24,603 nt of DNA from an uncultured Gammaproteobacteria bacterium. Its GTDB lineage: Bacteria > Patescibacteriota > Patescibacteriia > UBA9934. Position 1 is the first letter of the stretch; every line of letters starts with the position of its first letter. The translations under genes were made by a program, and so were the position numbers. The stretch covers positions 1 through 24,603 of the forward strand of contig CAZREA010000011.1 in NCBI GenBank assembly GCA_964599455.1, read 5' to 3'. The notes beneath the pieces were generated by a model, which was not told the origin of the DNA, did no database searches, and was given only the letters and a program-made list of their open reading frames with translations. Positions 1 through 7,485 of this stretch are shown piece by piece.

Positions 1-88
1 GATATGGTGAAGGTATTGAAAGCTAAATTACGAGAGATACTAGTCTAGGGCCATTTTATTTATTTCTTGAGAATTGGCCATAGCATTT

Positions 89-1228
89 CTATTCTCTCTC
101 TGTCATCGGTTTTTCGATGGTCTTCATTTCGATGAGTTCCTCAACTTCCCCCGCGGTGATGCGTGAAACATCTTTTGACATCTTTTTGAGCTCGTTGGTT
201 GAGAGATTGTATTGATTGACGGTGGTACCGAGATGATTCCCCATTTTTTCGTGGAATTCAGAAAAGGTTGCAAAGTGACGATGGAGTTCTTTGACACGTT
301 TCTTAATATCTTCTGCATTCTTTTCAATTTTCATTGCATTGAGTGCTTGTAAAATAGTTTGTAGATACGCGAGAAAATTTGTTGGTGACACAATAATGAC
401 GCGGTACTTCCCTGCTGCGCGCTGCAAAATATTCTCCGTTTCATCGCCAGAGCTTCCGATTTTATTTGTAAGCAAATCGTAATAGAGTGCTTCGTGCGGA
501 ATAAACATGAAAGCAAAATCCGTCGTATCTTGCTCGGGCTGAATGTATTTCGTTGTTTCTTGGACGCGGGTTTTGAGATCGTTGATAAAAGCTTTGTTAT
601 ATTTATCTTGATCGGCAGGATTTTCTGCTTCAACAAAACGATTGTAATTTTCCAAAGAAAATTTTGAATCAATAGGAACAACTTTTCCATTCACAAAAAC
701 AACGGCATCGGCGATAGTGCCATCGGGAAACGCATACTGCATTTTGTATGAATCGGTTGGCAAAATATTTCCGAGAAGTGTTTCGAGATAAAATTCACCA
801 AGGATGCCACGTTGTTTTGGATTTTTGAGAATGTCCTGCATCTTTTGTAATTGCGAGGAGAAATCGAGTACTTGTTTATTCGTATGGTCGAGTGTGGTGA
901 GACGTTGCGTCACCTCTTCGATGAGTTTCGACGTTTGAGAAAACTGCGTTTGCATGCTGCGATGAGAATCCGAGAGTCCGCGTCCGACTTGGTCGTTCAC
1001 CCGATCGAGACGCGTTTCTAATTCCTTGCGCGCATCCGTTTGTAATTTATAGAGCTCCTGTCGTTGGTCGGTAGAAAGTTGTTTGATGTCGGTTAATTCT
1101 TTTTGTAACAATGCGAACGATTGCGAGAGTGTATCTGATGAGATGTTGTTGTGCTTTTGAAAAAAGAGATACAGAAGAATTCCTCCAAAACCAAGGATAA
1201 GTATAATGGGAAAGATGAAAGAATCCAT
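89..1228 (-). CDS. rmuC: DNA recombination protein RmuC
   Basis: 379-aa ORF. It has an N-terminal TM helix (FIFPIILILGFGGILLYLFF), a long coiled-coil region, and an RmuC-like C-terminal core (GILGEFYLETLL, DAVVFVNGKVVPIDSKF, FMFIPHEALYYDL). Assigned from family recognition; not searched. Confidence 0.8.
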   Translation of the reverse strand: MDSFIFPIILILGFGGILLYLFFQKHNNISSDTLSQSFALLQKELTDIKQLSTDQRQELYKLQTDARKELETRLDRVNDQVGRGLSDSHRSMQTQFSQTSKLIEEVTQRLTTLDHTNKQVLDFSSQLQKMQDILKNPKQRGILGEFYLETLLGNILPTDSYKMQYAFPDGTIADAVVFVNGKVVPIDSKFSLENYNRFVEAENPADQDKYNKAFINDLKTRVQETTKYIQPEQDTTDFAFMFIPHEALYYDLLTNKIGSSGDETENILQRAAGKYRVIIVSPTNFLAYLQTILQALNAMKIEKNAEDIKKRVKELHRHFATFSEFHEKMGNHLGTTVNQYNLSTNELKKMSKDVSRITAGEVEELIEMKTIEKPMTERE

Positions 1229-1248
1229 AGAAAGTGATATTGGGTATA

Positions 1249-1680
1249 TTACCAGTTTTCAATACTATATTGTTCGTTCCTTTGTATGGCGCAAAGTACA
1301 TCGGTGATATAGGGAACGATGTGAGGCTGTGTTTCGGGGTTTGACCAGATGACTTCGCTGCATTTGTGTGGCTCTTGATTGACGATCTCACCTTCCCACG
1401 CCTTGCAAGTGAAGAAGAAGTCGAGATAATGACCGTCTGGCGCATTACGGTCGCGTACGTGGATGAGTATAAGATCTTCGCGCTTGATGTTGATACCAAT
1501 CTCTTCCTTGGCCTCACGCTGCATTGCGCTGATGATGGGTTCGTTCTCCTCGACGTGACCTGACGGCAGACCGTAGTAGTCATTATAATATTTCACGTTG
1601 TGTCGTTTTAGAAAGAGCACTTTTTCTTCTTTTTGTAAGACAAGATAAGCGGCAGCAATGGCTTTGTGGCGTTCCGACAT
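1249..1680 (-). CDS. NUDIX hydrolase
   Basis: The ORF track gives 1249..1728. I moved the start to Met17 (ATG at 1680-1678, MSERHKAIAAAYLVLQKEEKVLFLKR). It has a perfect Nudix box, GHVEENEPIISAMQREAKEEIGI (GX5EX7REUXEEXGU). It lies 20 nt upstream of rmuC on the same strand. Confidence 0.85.
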   Translation of the reverse strand: MSERHKAIAAAYLVLQKEEKVLFLKRHNVKYYNDYYGLPSGHVEENEPIISAMQREAKEEIGINIKREDLILIHVRDRNAPDGHYLDFFFTCKAWEGEIVNQEPHKCSEVIWSNPETQPHIVPYITDVLCAIQRNEQYSIENW

Positions 1681-1901
1681 AAGGAGATATTTCTTACAAT
1701 AATATTGACGATGAGTCTTTTGTCGCACTATACTCTGAATGTTTTGTAAAAATGAGTATCGTGCGAAAGTTGTAGAAGAAGTATACGCTAGTATACGAAC
1801 ATATTACGAACAGATGTGAATAAATGAGTAAACGTTTCATGTGGAACGTTGAATATTCCCTATCAAGATCCTTGCATACTGCTTTAAAGCGGCTTTCATA
1901 C

Positions 1902-1977
1902 GTCCCCATAGTTCAATTGGATAGAACACGGGCGTCCTAAGCCTGAAATCCTGGTTCGACCCCAGGTGGGGGCACCA
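1902..1977 (+). tRNA. tRNA-Arg (anticodon CCT)
   Basis: Hand-folded 76-nt cloverleaf. Acceptor GTCCCCA/TGGGGGC; D arm GTTC-AATTGGATA-GAAC; anticodon arm CGGGC-GTCCTAA-GCCTG; T arm CCTGG-TTCGACC-CCAGG; A73; encoded CCA. It closely resembles E. coli argW-type tRNA. Confidence 0.85.
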
Positions 1978-2249
1978 GAGATAAAGACCATGATGTGAGT
2001 CCACTCCGTTTAAAGGCTTCGTTGGACAACCCCGTAGCTTTAGCGGAGGGTGGAAGGGTCTAGCATCTTCCTTCGTTCGGATCGGCCTCGTCGGATGTCG
2101 CACGTAGGCCATAAGAATCTCAATGGGCCATGGCCGATGGCTTCATCGGTATTTAACTTGAGCTTAAGCCGACTCGTAATGGCTAATAATCCGTTCCTAT
2201 CCGTTGTTGATTCGTTTAAATCCATTCTCCATTCCACGTGAAACATTCC

Positions 2250-2325
2250 GGGCCTGTGGCTCAGTTGGTAGAGCGCCGCATTCGCATTGCGGAGGTCAGC
2301 GGTTCGAATCCGCTCAGGTCCACCA
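2250..2325 (+). tRNA. tRNA-Ala (anticodon CGC)
   Basis: Hand-folded 76-nt cloverleaf. Acceptor GGGCCTG/CAGGTCC with G3:U70; D arm GCTC-AGTTGGTA-GAGC; anticodon arm CCGCA-TTCGCAT-TGCGG; T arm AGCGG-TTCGAAT-CCGCT; A73; encoded CCA. Confidence 0.9.
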
Positions 2326-2371
2326 TCCCCCGTCGCTCCATTTTGTAGAAATACGATGGAGCTATGGGGGA
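2326..2371 (+). other. Hairpin starting 1 nt after tRNA-Ala
   Basis: TCCCCCGTCGCTCCAT (2326-2341) pairs with ATGGAGCTATGGGGGA (2356-2371). That is 16 positions with one mismatch and one G:U pair. Confidence 0.6.
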
Positions 2372-2394
2372 TGGGCCTCAAGTGCTTTGTAAGT

Positions 2395-2454
2395 AAAAAA
2401 AATCCCCCATAGCTCGTTTTGCTAGAATAATAACGAGCGTCGGGGGATTTTTTG
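2395..2454. terminator. Rho-independent-type, potentially bidirectional terminator
   Basis: ATCCCCC-ATA-GCTCGTT (2402-2418) pairs with AACGAGC-GTC-GGGGGAT (2432-2448), giving 7+7 bp around a 3-nt internal loop. An A8 run lies 5' and a T6 run lies 3'. Confidence 0.6.
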
Positions 2455-2462
2455 GTATCCTA

Positions 2463-2693
2463 ATGTATATGTATTATGTGTATATTCTTCAAAGCCATGC
2501 AAATCATACTTATTGCTATAGCTATACTCACAAGCATATCCAAGCTCATCTCCTGGAGCATAATGAAGGAAGTTCTCATTATACGAGTAAATATCGTCCC
2601 TGGAAACTCGTTTGGTATGCAGGATTTGCTACAGAAGAGCGAGCGTGTGAGTTTGAGAAATATTTAAAATCAGGTTCTGGGCATGCATTTTAG
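2463..2693 (+). CDS. GIY-YIG nuclease-family small protein (UPF0213-like), degenerate motifs
   Basis: 76 aa: YYVYILQS...LLEHNEG...YTSKYRPWKLVWYAGF...EERACEFEKYLKSGSGHAF. The layout matches stand-alone GIY-YIG mini-proteins. However, the YIG element reads YCYSY and the conserved Arg before EHN is missing. Confidence 0.65.
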   Translation: MYMYYVYILQSHANHTYCYSYTHKHIQAHLLEHNEGSSHYTSKYRPWKLVWYAGFATEERACEFEKYLKSGSGHAF

Positions 2694-2765
2694 AGAAAAA
2701 GATTTCTCTAAAATAATAATGTTTCACGTGAACCTATATTGAGATAAAATTGAAAGGTTTTAAAC

Positions 2766-2996
2766 TGTGGATAACATGTTGATAACTTTTTATAGGAAAT
2801 GTTTCACATGGAATATATATGAATTAGTATTTAATATTAGCCAAATATAAAGATACATTGAAAATATAAGAAAATATGAATCTGTGGATAAGTTGTGTAT
2901 ATATCTGTGGAAAAACTGTGAAGAATATAATGTCAAAGATAGCGTTGACAAATGTATGCACAAGTTATCCACCGACTTTTCCTCAGCTTATCCACA
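2766..2996. promoter_or_regulatory. DnaA-box cluster with an AT-rich core (oriC-like or DnaA-regulated promoter)
   Basis: Perfect TTATCCACA 9-mers: TGTGGATAA at 2766-2774, TGTGGATAA at 2883-2891, and TTATCCACA at 2988-2996. One-mismatch boxes: TGTTGATAA 2777-2785, TGTGGAAAA 2906-2914, and TTATCCACC 2965-2973. A roughly 70-nt, very AT-rich stretch lies between them (2810-2880). The left boxes are inverted relative to the right boxes. Confidence 0.6.
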
Positions 2997-3014
2997 ATCC
3001 TTTATACTCTCCTT

Positions 3015-3956
3015 ATGAGCATCGATTGGCATCGCTGTTTAGGTGTTTTTGTGATTCTCGGAGTTCTGCTGAGCGCTTTTGCTATTGGTCGGCCTTTATT
3101 CGCAGCGATGAGTTCGACAAGTTATCGCATCCAATGGGATGCGGTTACCACGGGCGGGAGTGATACCTCATCTTCATCGAGTTACTCATTGCGTGATCAA
3201 TTGAGTTCCGGTGCTGATACGAGCGGCTCCCTCTCGTCTACTTCCTATACCCTCGATCCTGGCTATCGAGGTGGCGTGTATGATCCGGTGGTCGGTTTTC
3301 GCATGTACACCCAAGATCGCTCAAGCCAAGTTGCAGCTACGGCAAGTACGTCTACAACGGTTACGGTAACGACGACATCACCTTTTTCTATTGGAACATA
3401 CATTGCCACTGTGCAAAATGAAGGCGCGTCACAAATGACGGCTTTTGGAAAAATTACGAGTATCGACGGTACGGTGCTAACCGTTGACGCATTTATCGGC
3501 GATTCGGTGGCTATCGACGGATCAAATGACTACGCATACGCTTTTACGCCTGACGGCACGTCTTTACCGTTAAATACCCTGTCCTCTTCGTCGGTCGTCA
3601 CTGGTCTTATTGCCTGGGAGGTTACTGCTGATGTGGCGAATGGATATGATGTTTATTTGTATGAAGACCATGATTTACAAACGGCGAGCGCACAATCAAT
3701 CACCGATGTTGTGGATGGAGCGGTAACGATAGGTGTTACCGAATATGGCGCGCGTTCATCGGACACGTCACTCTCTTCAACAACATTTGATACGCAAGAT
3801 ACAGCGATTACTTCAACTCCTCAGATCGTTGCATCACGTGCCTCCGCTCTTTTTGCTGCGCGTGATTTTGTGACGCTGAAGGTTGCGATGGCCGAAGGTC
3901 AGCCGGATGGATCGTATGGTCAAACGCTCAATGTTTTGTTTGCAGGAAACTATTAG
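3015..3956 (+). CDS. Secreted Ser/Thr-rich protein of unknown function (operon gene 1)
   Basis: The ORF track gives 2952..3956. The upstream part overlaps the DnaA boxes, so I started the CDS at ATG 3015 (MSIDWHRCLGVFVILGVLLSAFAIGRPLFAA, signal/TM-like). It carries three S-x-SY-x-L/I motifs (STSYRI, SSSYSL, STSYTL) and is beta-rich. The C terminus is ...GQPDGSYGQTLNVLFAGNY. No family recognised. Confidence 0.7.
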   Translation: MSIDWHRCLGVFVILGVLLSAFAIGRPLFAAMSSTSYRIQWDAVTTGGSDTSSSSSYSLRDQLSSGADTSGSLSSTSYTLDPGYRGGVYDPVVGFRMYTQDRSSQVAATASTSTTVTVTTTSPFSIGTYIATVQNEGASQMTAFGKITSIDGTVLTVDAFIGDSVAIDGSNDYAYAFTPDGTSLPLNTLSSSSVVTGLIAWEVTADVANGYDVYLYEDHDLQTASAQSITDVVDGAVTIGVTEYGARSSDTSLSSTTFDTQDTAITSTPQIVASRASALFAARDFVTLKVAMAEGQPDGSYGQTLNVLFAGNY

Positions 3957-3957
3957 T

Positions 3958-4836
3958 ATGCAGTTTTTTGCTCGAGTTTTTATCTTGCCGCTGCTTTTCT
4001 TCGGAGTGTTCACGTGGAGTCAATCAGCATTTGCTTTTACGATCGAACCTTCGGCGGCTGATGTGGTGTTGGTCGATCAAACTCCGGCAACGCACACGGT
4101 GTTTGTGCGTAATACCGACAAGGAAACGGCATCGTATGCAGTTTTGCTGCAAAATCTTTCTTTTGGAGAAAGGGGAGAGATTGCAAATATGGAGGTCATG
4201 GATGCATCGTGGATTGAGGTGACACCTTCCGCATTTATTTTACAGCCAGGGCAGGAACAGGAAGTGGTCATCAGTTTTTCTCCGCCATCGTATCTTCAGC
4301 CTATAGCTTTCCCCTTGGGAGTGATTGTTGAAGAACAGGGCGAAGAGGGGCGTTCAAACGTGCTCTCATCAGTATTATCTTATCTCTTTTTTTCTTATCA
4401 AGGAGAAAAACTGTCTCCCGCAGCAACGTTAACGGATTTTCAAATTCGTTTTATTGAACATACATGGATTGCCGCCGTCGCTGTGCAAAATAGCGGCGAA
4501 AAAACGATTACGCCGGCGGGTATCGTGACGTTGCGTGATATGTTTGGTCGTGAACTTGAAACATATGCGTTTAATGCTCAAGGGAATCGCGTTCCTCCGG
4601 GAGTTATTCGTACGATCGCGAGTCCATTAGCGATTAACCTGACTAGCCCGTGGTTTATTGGTGGCAAGATTACGGCTTCGGTTCAACTTTTGTATGCTAC
4701 GTCTACCGCGCCGCTTGTCGGCACCGTATCGTGGTATACATTTCCTGGCTGGGCTACGATGGTGTGTTTGGGAATCGGCTTGCTGGGCTTGATTGTTTTG
4801 TTCGTCATCTACAAAAAAAGATATCGTCGTCAGTGA
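3958..4836 (+). CDS. Signal-peptide protein with Ig/PapD-like repeats and a C-terminal TM anchor (operon gene 2)
   Basis: ATG at 3958 lies 1 nt after the gene 1 stop and in frame with track ORF 3883..4836. The signal peptide is MQFFARVFILPLLFFGVFTWSQSAFA. The pattern FTIEPSAADVVLVDQTPATHTVFVRNTDKETASYAV...VTPSAFILQPGQEQEVVISFSPP is typical of chaperone/DUF916-type beta-sandwiches. The C-terminal anchor is WATMVCLGIGLLGLIVLFVIYKKRYRRQ. Confidence 0.75.
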   Translation: MQFFARVFILPLLFFGVFTWSQSAFAFTIEPSAADVVLVDQTPATHTVFVRNTDKETASYAVLLQNLSFGERGEIANMEVMDASWIEVTPSAFILQPGQEQEVVISFSPPSYLQPIAFPLGVIVEEQGEEGRSNVLSSVLSYLFFSYQGEKLSPAATLTDFQIRFIEHTWIAAVAVQNSGEKTITPAGIVTLRDMFGRELETYAFNAQGNRVPPGVIRTIASPLAINLTSPWFIGGKITASVQLLYATSTAPLVGTVSWYTFPGWATMVCLGIGLLGLIVLFVIYKKRYRRQ

Positions 4837-4866
4837 GGTAAAAAGGAGAGGTTTTCGAGGTATACT

Positions 4867-7485
4867 GTGGGTGTGTTTATACGAAGGTTTTTTCAAACAT
4901 TTTTTTTGGTCATTTTTGCGGCTGTTAGTACAGGTTTGCCGATATTTTTTGCATATGCCGATACGCTGTCATCGGTCGAAGCGCAGCCGTCGTCGCTTGT
5001 TGTAAGTCAGGGTGCAAATCAAAAATTTCTTTTTACGACAGTTTCGGCCTGGACCGATGGCGAAACGCTTACCATCACGTTTCCGAGCGGATATACAACG
5101 ACGTCCATTACCGAAGATGATGTTGATATTGCTGATGATGGTGTTGATAAAACAACGGCCGCTACATGTACAGGAACCGAAGAGATGTCGGTGGCGATGG
5201 CGGCAAATGTTTTAACGTTAACGGTGTGTAGTGGTGATGGTGGTTCGGTTGGTGCAGGTTCGGCGGTGGTGATTGAAGTTGGTCGCAATGCGTCATCCTC
5301 CGGCAACGGCACGCAACAAATAACAAATCCCTCGAATCAAAGTTCTTATTTTATCGATATCGGCGGCACGTTCGGCGATGGCGGCTCGGTTATTGTTCCT
5401 ATCGTCGCTACTGATTCGTCGGGTGTTTCAACGACAGTGCCTTCATCAAGTTCGGGCGGAAGTGGCGGCGGCGGTGGAGGTGGCGGAACCGTTGGTGGAG
5501 GAGATGATAGTGATAGTGGTGATGAGGTTGATGAGGGAACGGATGAACCCGATCCGGGAACTGATGAAGGTACGGATGAAACGGATCCTACAGATCCGGG
5601 AATTGATGAGGAAACGCCGGGGGAAGATGGGACTCCAGAAGGAGATCCAGGATCAACGGATACGGGTTCGGACACGAGTGGTGATGCATCCGGAGATAGT
5701 TCATCGTCAGGTGAAGATTCGTCGAGCGGTGACGACGCTTCCTCGGGCACAGACTCAGAAGGCGGAGAGGATACGAGTGGCGGAGCCGGATCTCTTTCGG
5801 AGCAAGAGATTGATCTTGGTATTTATGCGTATGATTTGCCGTTGGCGGTTACTGATGATGGCGTGAGCGTGTTGCCGGGAACAACGGCGACCGTTGTTGT
5901 TTTTTTACCTAAAGAAGAGGATGCAGAAAAGATGGTTTTAGAAATCGGTCCGCGCTCATATGCTTTTGTAGAAGTGCCAGATGGCTCGTGGTCGATTGAT
6001 GTCGTGTTGCCGCAAGCTAATATTCCCGGTGTTATTCGCGTGACCGATACCGATGGCTCTACGCGTAGCGCACGAATATTGTTTGATGTGATTGGCGAAG
6101 GTGGCGTTTATGAAATTCTTGAAGGTTCAACGCAGGGTATTGAAGGTGCTGAGGTGACAGTTCTTTCGTCTAATGGTTTGATTTGGGATGGTGCAGCTTA
6201 TGAACAATCCCCAATTCTGCTAACTAATAATCAGGGAAATGGTATTGCGTGGTATGTACCGAATGGAATGTATCAAGTTCGAGTGACGAAACAGGGATAC
6301 GAAGAAACGACTGTTTTTGTTACGGTAACAAATACTATTCTCGCTCCGACGATTTTTCTCGAACGTACAGACGAAGTCGTGGTGCCGCCGGAAGAAGGTG
6401 AGCAGACGGGCACGGGAGAACTATCAGTAACAGACTCACCTGGCATCAGCGAACTCAAACAAGAAACGTTTTTCGAAAGTCTTCTTCCTGATTTTCTTTC
6501 TGAACTCCCTGTGCTTCCAGAAACATTCCTCCCTTTTCTCTCCGAGGAAGATGCACAGACTGTTCAGGATGTAGCCGTGCCGGCCGTGGCGGTTGCAACC
6601 GTAGCAGTGACAGCAGCTTCGGGAGCAACAAATCTAGGCTTGTTGTTGTATTCCTTTTTCACACAACCACTGCTTTTTCTCTCCCGTCGTCGGAATCGTC
6701 AGGTGAGCATTGCCTATAATAGTGCAACTAAGATGCCCCTTGATCTTGTTACTATTCGTGTTTTTGCATCCGAAACCGGACGATTAGTGAAGACATTGGT
6801 CACTAATGAAAAGGGAGAATTCTTTCTTTCACTTAATAAAATTGGGAAATATCGTCTTGAAGCGATGAAAACAGGATTTGTGTTTCCGAGCGAGCATTTT
6901 AAAGAGGTGAGAGAAGATGGAAAATATCAGGATGTCTATGCAGGACAGGAAATAGAAATAGGTGAAGGATCGCCGTTGATCGCGATATCCATGCCGCTTG
7001 ATCCTGAAGGGGTTGATATACCTATGAAGCAATTGCAGTGGCAGCGTTTCAAACGACGTTTTGCGACGGCACTTTCTCCGATGAGCGTACTAGTGGCGTT
7101 TATTGCCTTTTTGGCAACACCAGTTTTTTTTACGGGAATGCTCTTTTTTGCGCAGATTCTTTTTTGGGCAATCGCATGGCGCTTGACGCATAAAAAACGT
7201 CCAATGTCATGGGGTATTGTCTATGACGCACAAACGCGTAAGCCTGTGGGCAATACGGTCATCCGACTCTTTGAACCGCAGTATAATAAGCTGGTCGAAT
7301 CAACGTTGTCTGATGCGCAGGGACGATATGCATTTTTATTAGGACCCAATGCGTATTTTGCTACTTATCGCAAAGATGGCTACGTCGAGGCGACGGTTCG
7401 ACCTATCGACTATCGTGCAAAAACAGAACCGCAAATTTTCGGAGTTGCGGTTCCGTTAGGACGCGATCAACAGAAACATGGATAA
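4867..7485 (+). CDS. Large multi-TM surface protein with an acidic linker and CarboxypepD_reg-like domains (operon gene 3)
   Basis: 872-aa ORF with a GTG start at 4867. AAGGAGAGG lies at 4843-4851, so the exact start is uncertain. It has an N-terminal signal/TM followed by a beta domain. About 115 aa form a G/S/D/E/T low-complexity region. Three segments match the carboxypeptidase-regulatory-like fold pattern: GAEVTVLSSNG...NNQGNGIAWYVPNGMYQVRVTKQGYEE, VTIRVFASETGRLV...NEKGEFFLSLNKIGKYRLEAMKTGF, and NTVIRLFEP...DAQGRYAFLLGPNAYFATYRKDGY. Several hydrophobic helices lie between them. Confidence 0.8.
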   Translation: MGVFIRRFFQTFFLVIFAAVSTGLPIFFAYADTLSSVEAQPSSLVVSQGANQKFLFTTVSAWTDGETLTITFPSGYTTTSITEDDVDIADDGVDKTTAATCTGTEEMSVAMAANVLTLTVCSGDGGSVGAGSAVVIEVGRNASSSGNGTQQITNPSNQSSYFIDIGGTFGDGGSVIVPIVATDSSGVSTTVPSSSSGGSGGGGGGGGTVGGGDDSDSGDEVDEGTDEPDPGTDEGTDETDPTDPGIDEETPGEDGTPEGDPGSTDTGSDTSGDASGDSSSSGEDSSSGDDASSGTDSEGGEDTSGGAGSLSEQEIDLGIYAYDLPLAVTDDGVSVLPGTTATVVVFLPKEEDAEKMVLEIGPRSYAFVEVPDGSWSIDVVLPQANIPGVIRVTDTDGSTRSARILFDVIGEGGVYEILEGSTQGIEGAEVTVLSSNGLIWDGAAYEQSPILLTNNQGNGIAWYVPNGMYQVRVTKQGYEETTVFVTVTNTILAPTIFLERTDEVVVPPEEGEQTGTGELSVTDSPGISELKQETFFESLLPDFLSELPVLPETFLPFLSEEDAQTVQDVAVPAVAVATVAVTAASGATNLGLLLYSFFTQPLLFLSRRRNRQVSIAYNSATKMPLDLVTIRVFASETGRLVKTLVTNEKGEFFLSLNKIGKYRLEAMKTGFVFPSEHFKEVREDGKYQDVYAGQEIEIGEGSPLIAISMPLDPEGVDIPMKQLQWQRFKRRFATALSPMSVLVAFIAFLATPVFFTGMLFFAQILFWAIAWRLTHKKRPMSWGIVYDAQTRKPVGNTVIRLFEPQYNKLVESTLSDAQGRYAFLLGPNAYFATYRKDGYVEATVRPIDYRAKTEPQIFGVAVPLGRDQQKHG
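5449..5797 (+). repeat. Low-complexity acidic Gly/Ser/Asp/Glu/Thr linker (coding, inside gene 3)
   Basis: Translation reads SSSGGSGGGGGGGGTVGGGDDSDSGDEVDEGTDEPDPGTDEGTDETDP...SSGEDSSSGDDASSGTDSEGGEDTSGG. This region also produces the spurious antisense ORF 5346..5750. Confidence 0.8.

Noticed and set aside
1-48. Short open frame running off the left edge (…DMVKVLKAKLREILV stop)
   Set aside because: Only 15 codons are visible. This is too short to identify, or even to be sure it is coding.
1837-2392. ORFs 1837..2112(-), 2040..2381(-), 2050..2241(+) and 2204..2392(+)
   Set aside because: They overlap the two well-folded tRNA genes or the spacer between them, and they have no coding features.
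2952-3014. N-terminal extensions proposed by the ORF track (2952 for gene 1, 3883 for gene 2, 17431 for the HExxH gene, 20055 for epmA, 1728 for NUDIX, 17454 for the methyltransferase)
   Set aside because: The extensions overlap DnaA boxes, the preceding gene or divergent promoter DNA. They add residues that do not fit the family N termini or signal peptides, so internal Met starts were preferred.
4888-4907. T6 and T8 homopolymer tracts at the 5' end of gene 3 (and T7-T8 tracts at 7124-7131 and 7543-7549) as slipped-strand phase-variation switches
   Set aside because: The tracts encode Phe-rich signal/TM segments and are short for contingency loci. The window offers no evidence of length variation.
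5346-5750. 134-aa minus-strand ORF rich in Pro/Ser
   Set aside because: It is the antisense reading of the G/S/D/E low-complexity linker of gene 3, a compositional mirror artefact lying wholly inside a much longer, well-supported ORF.
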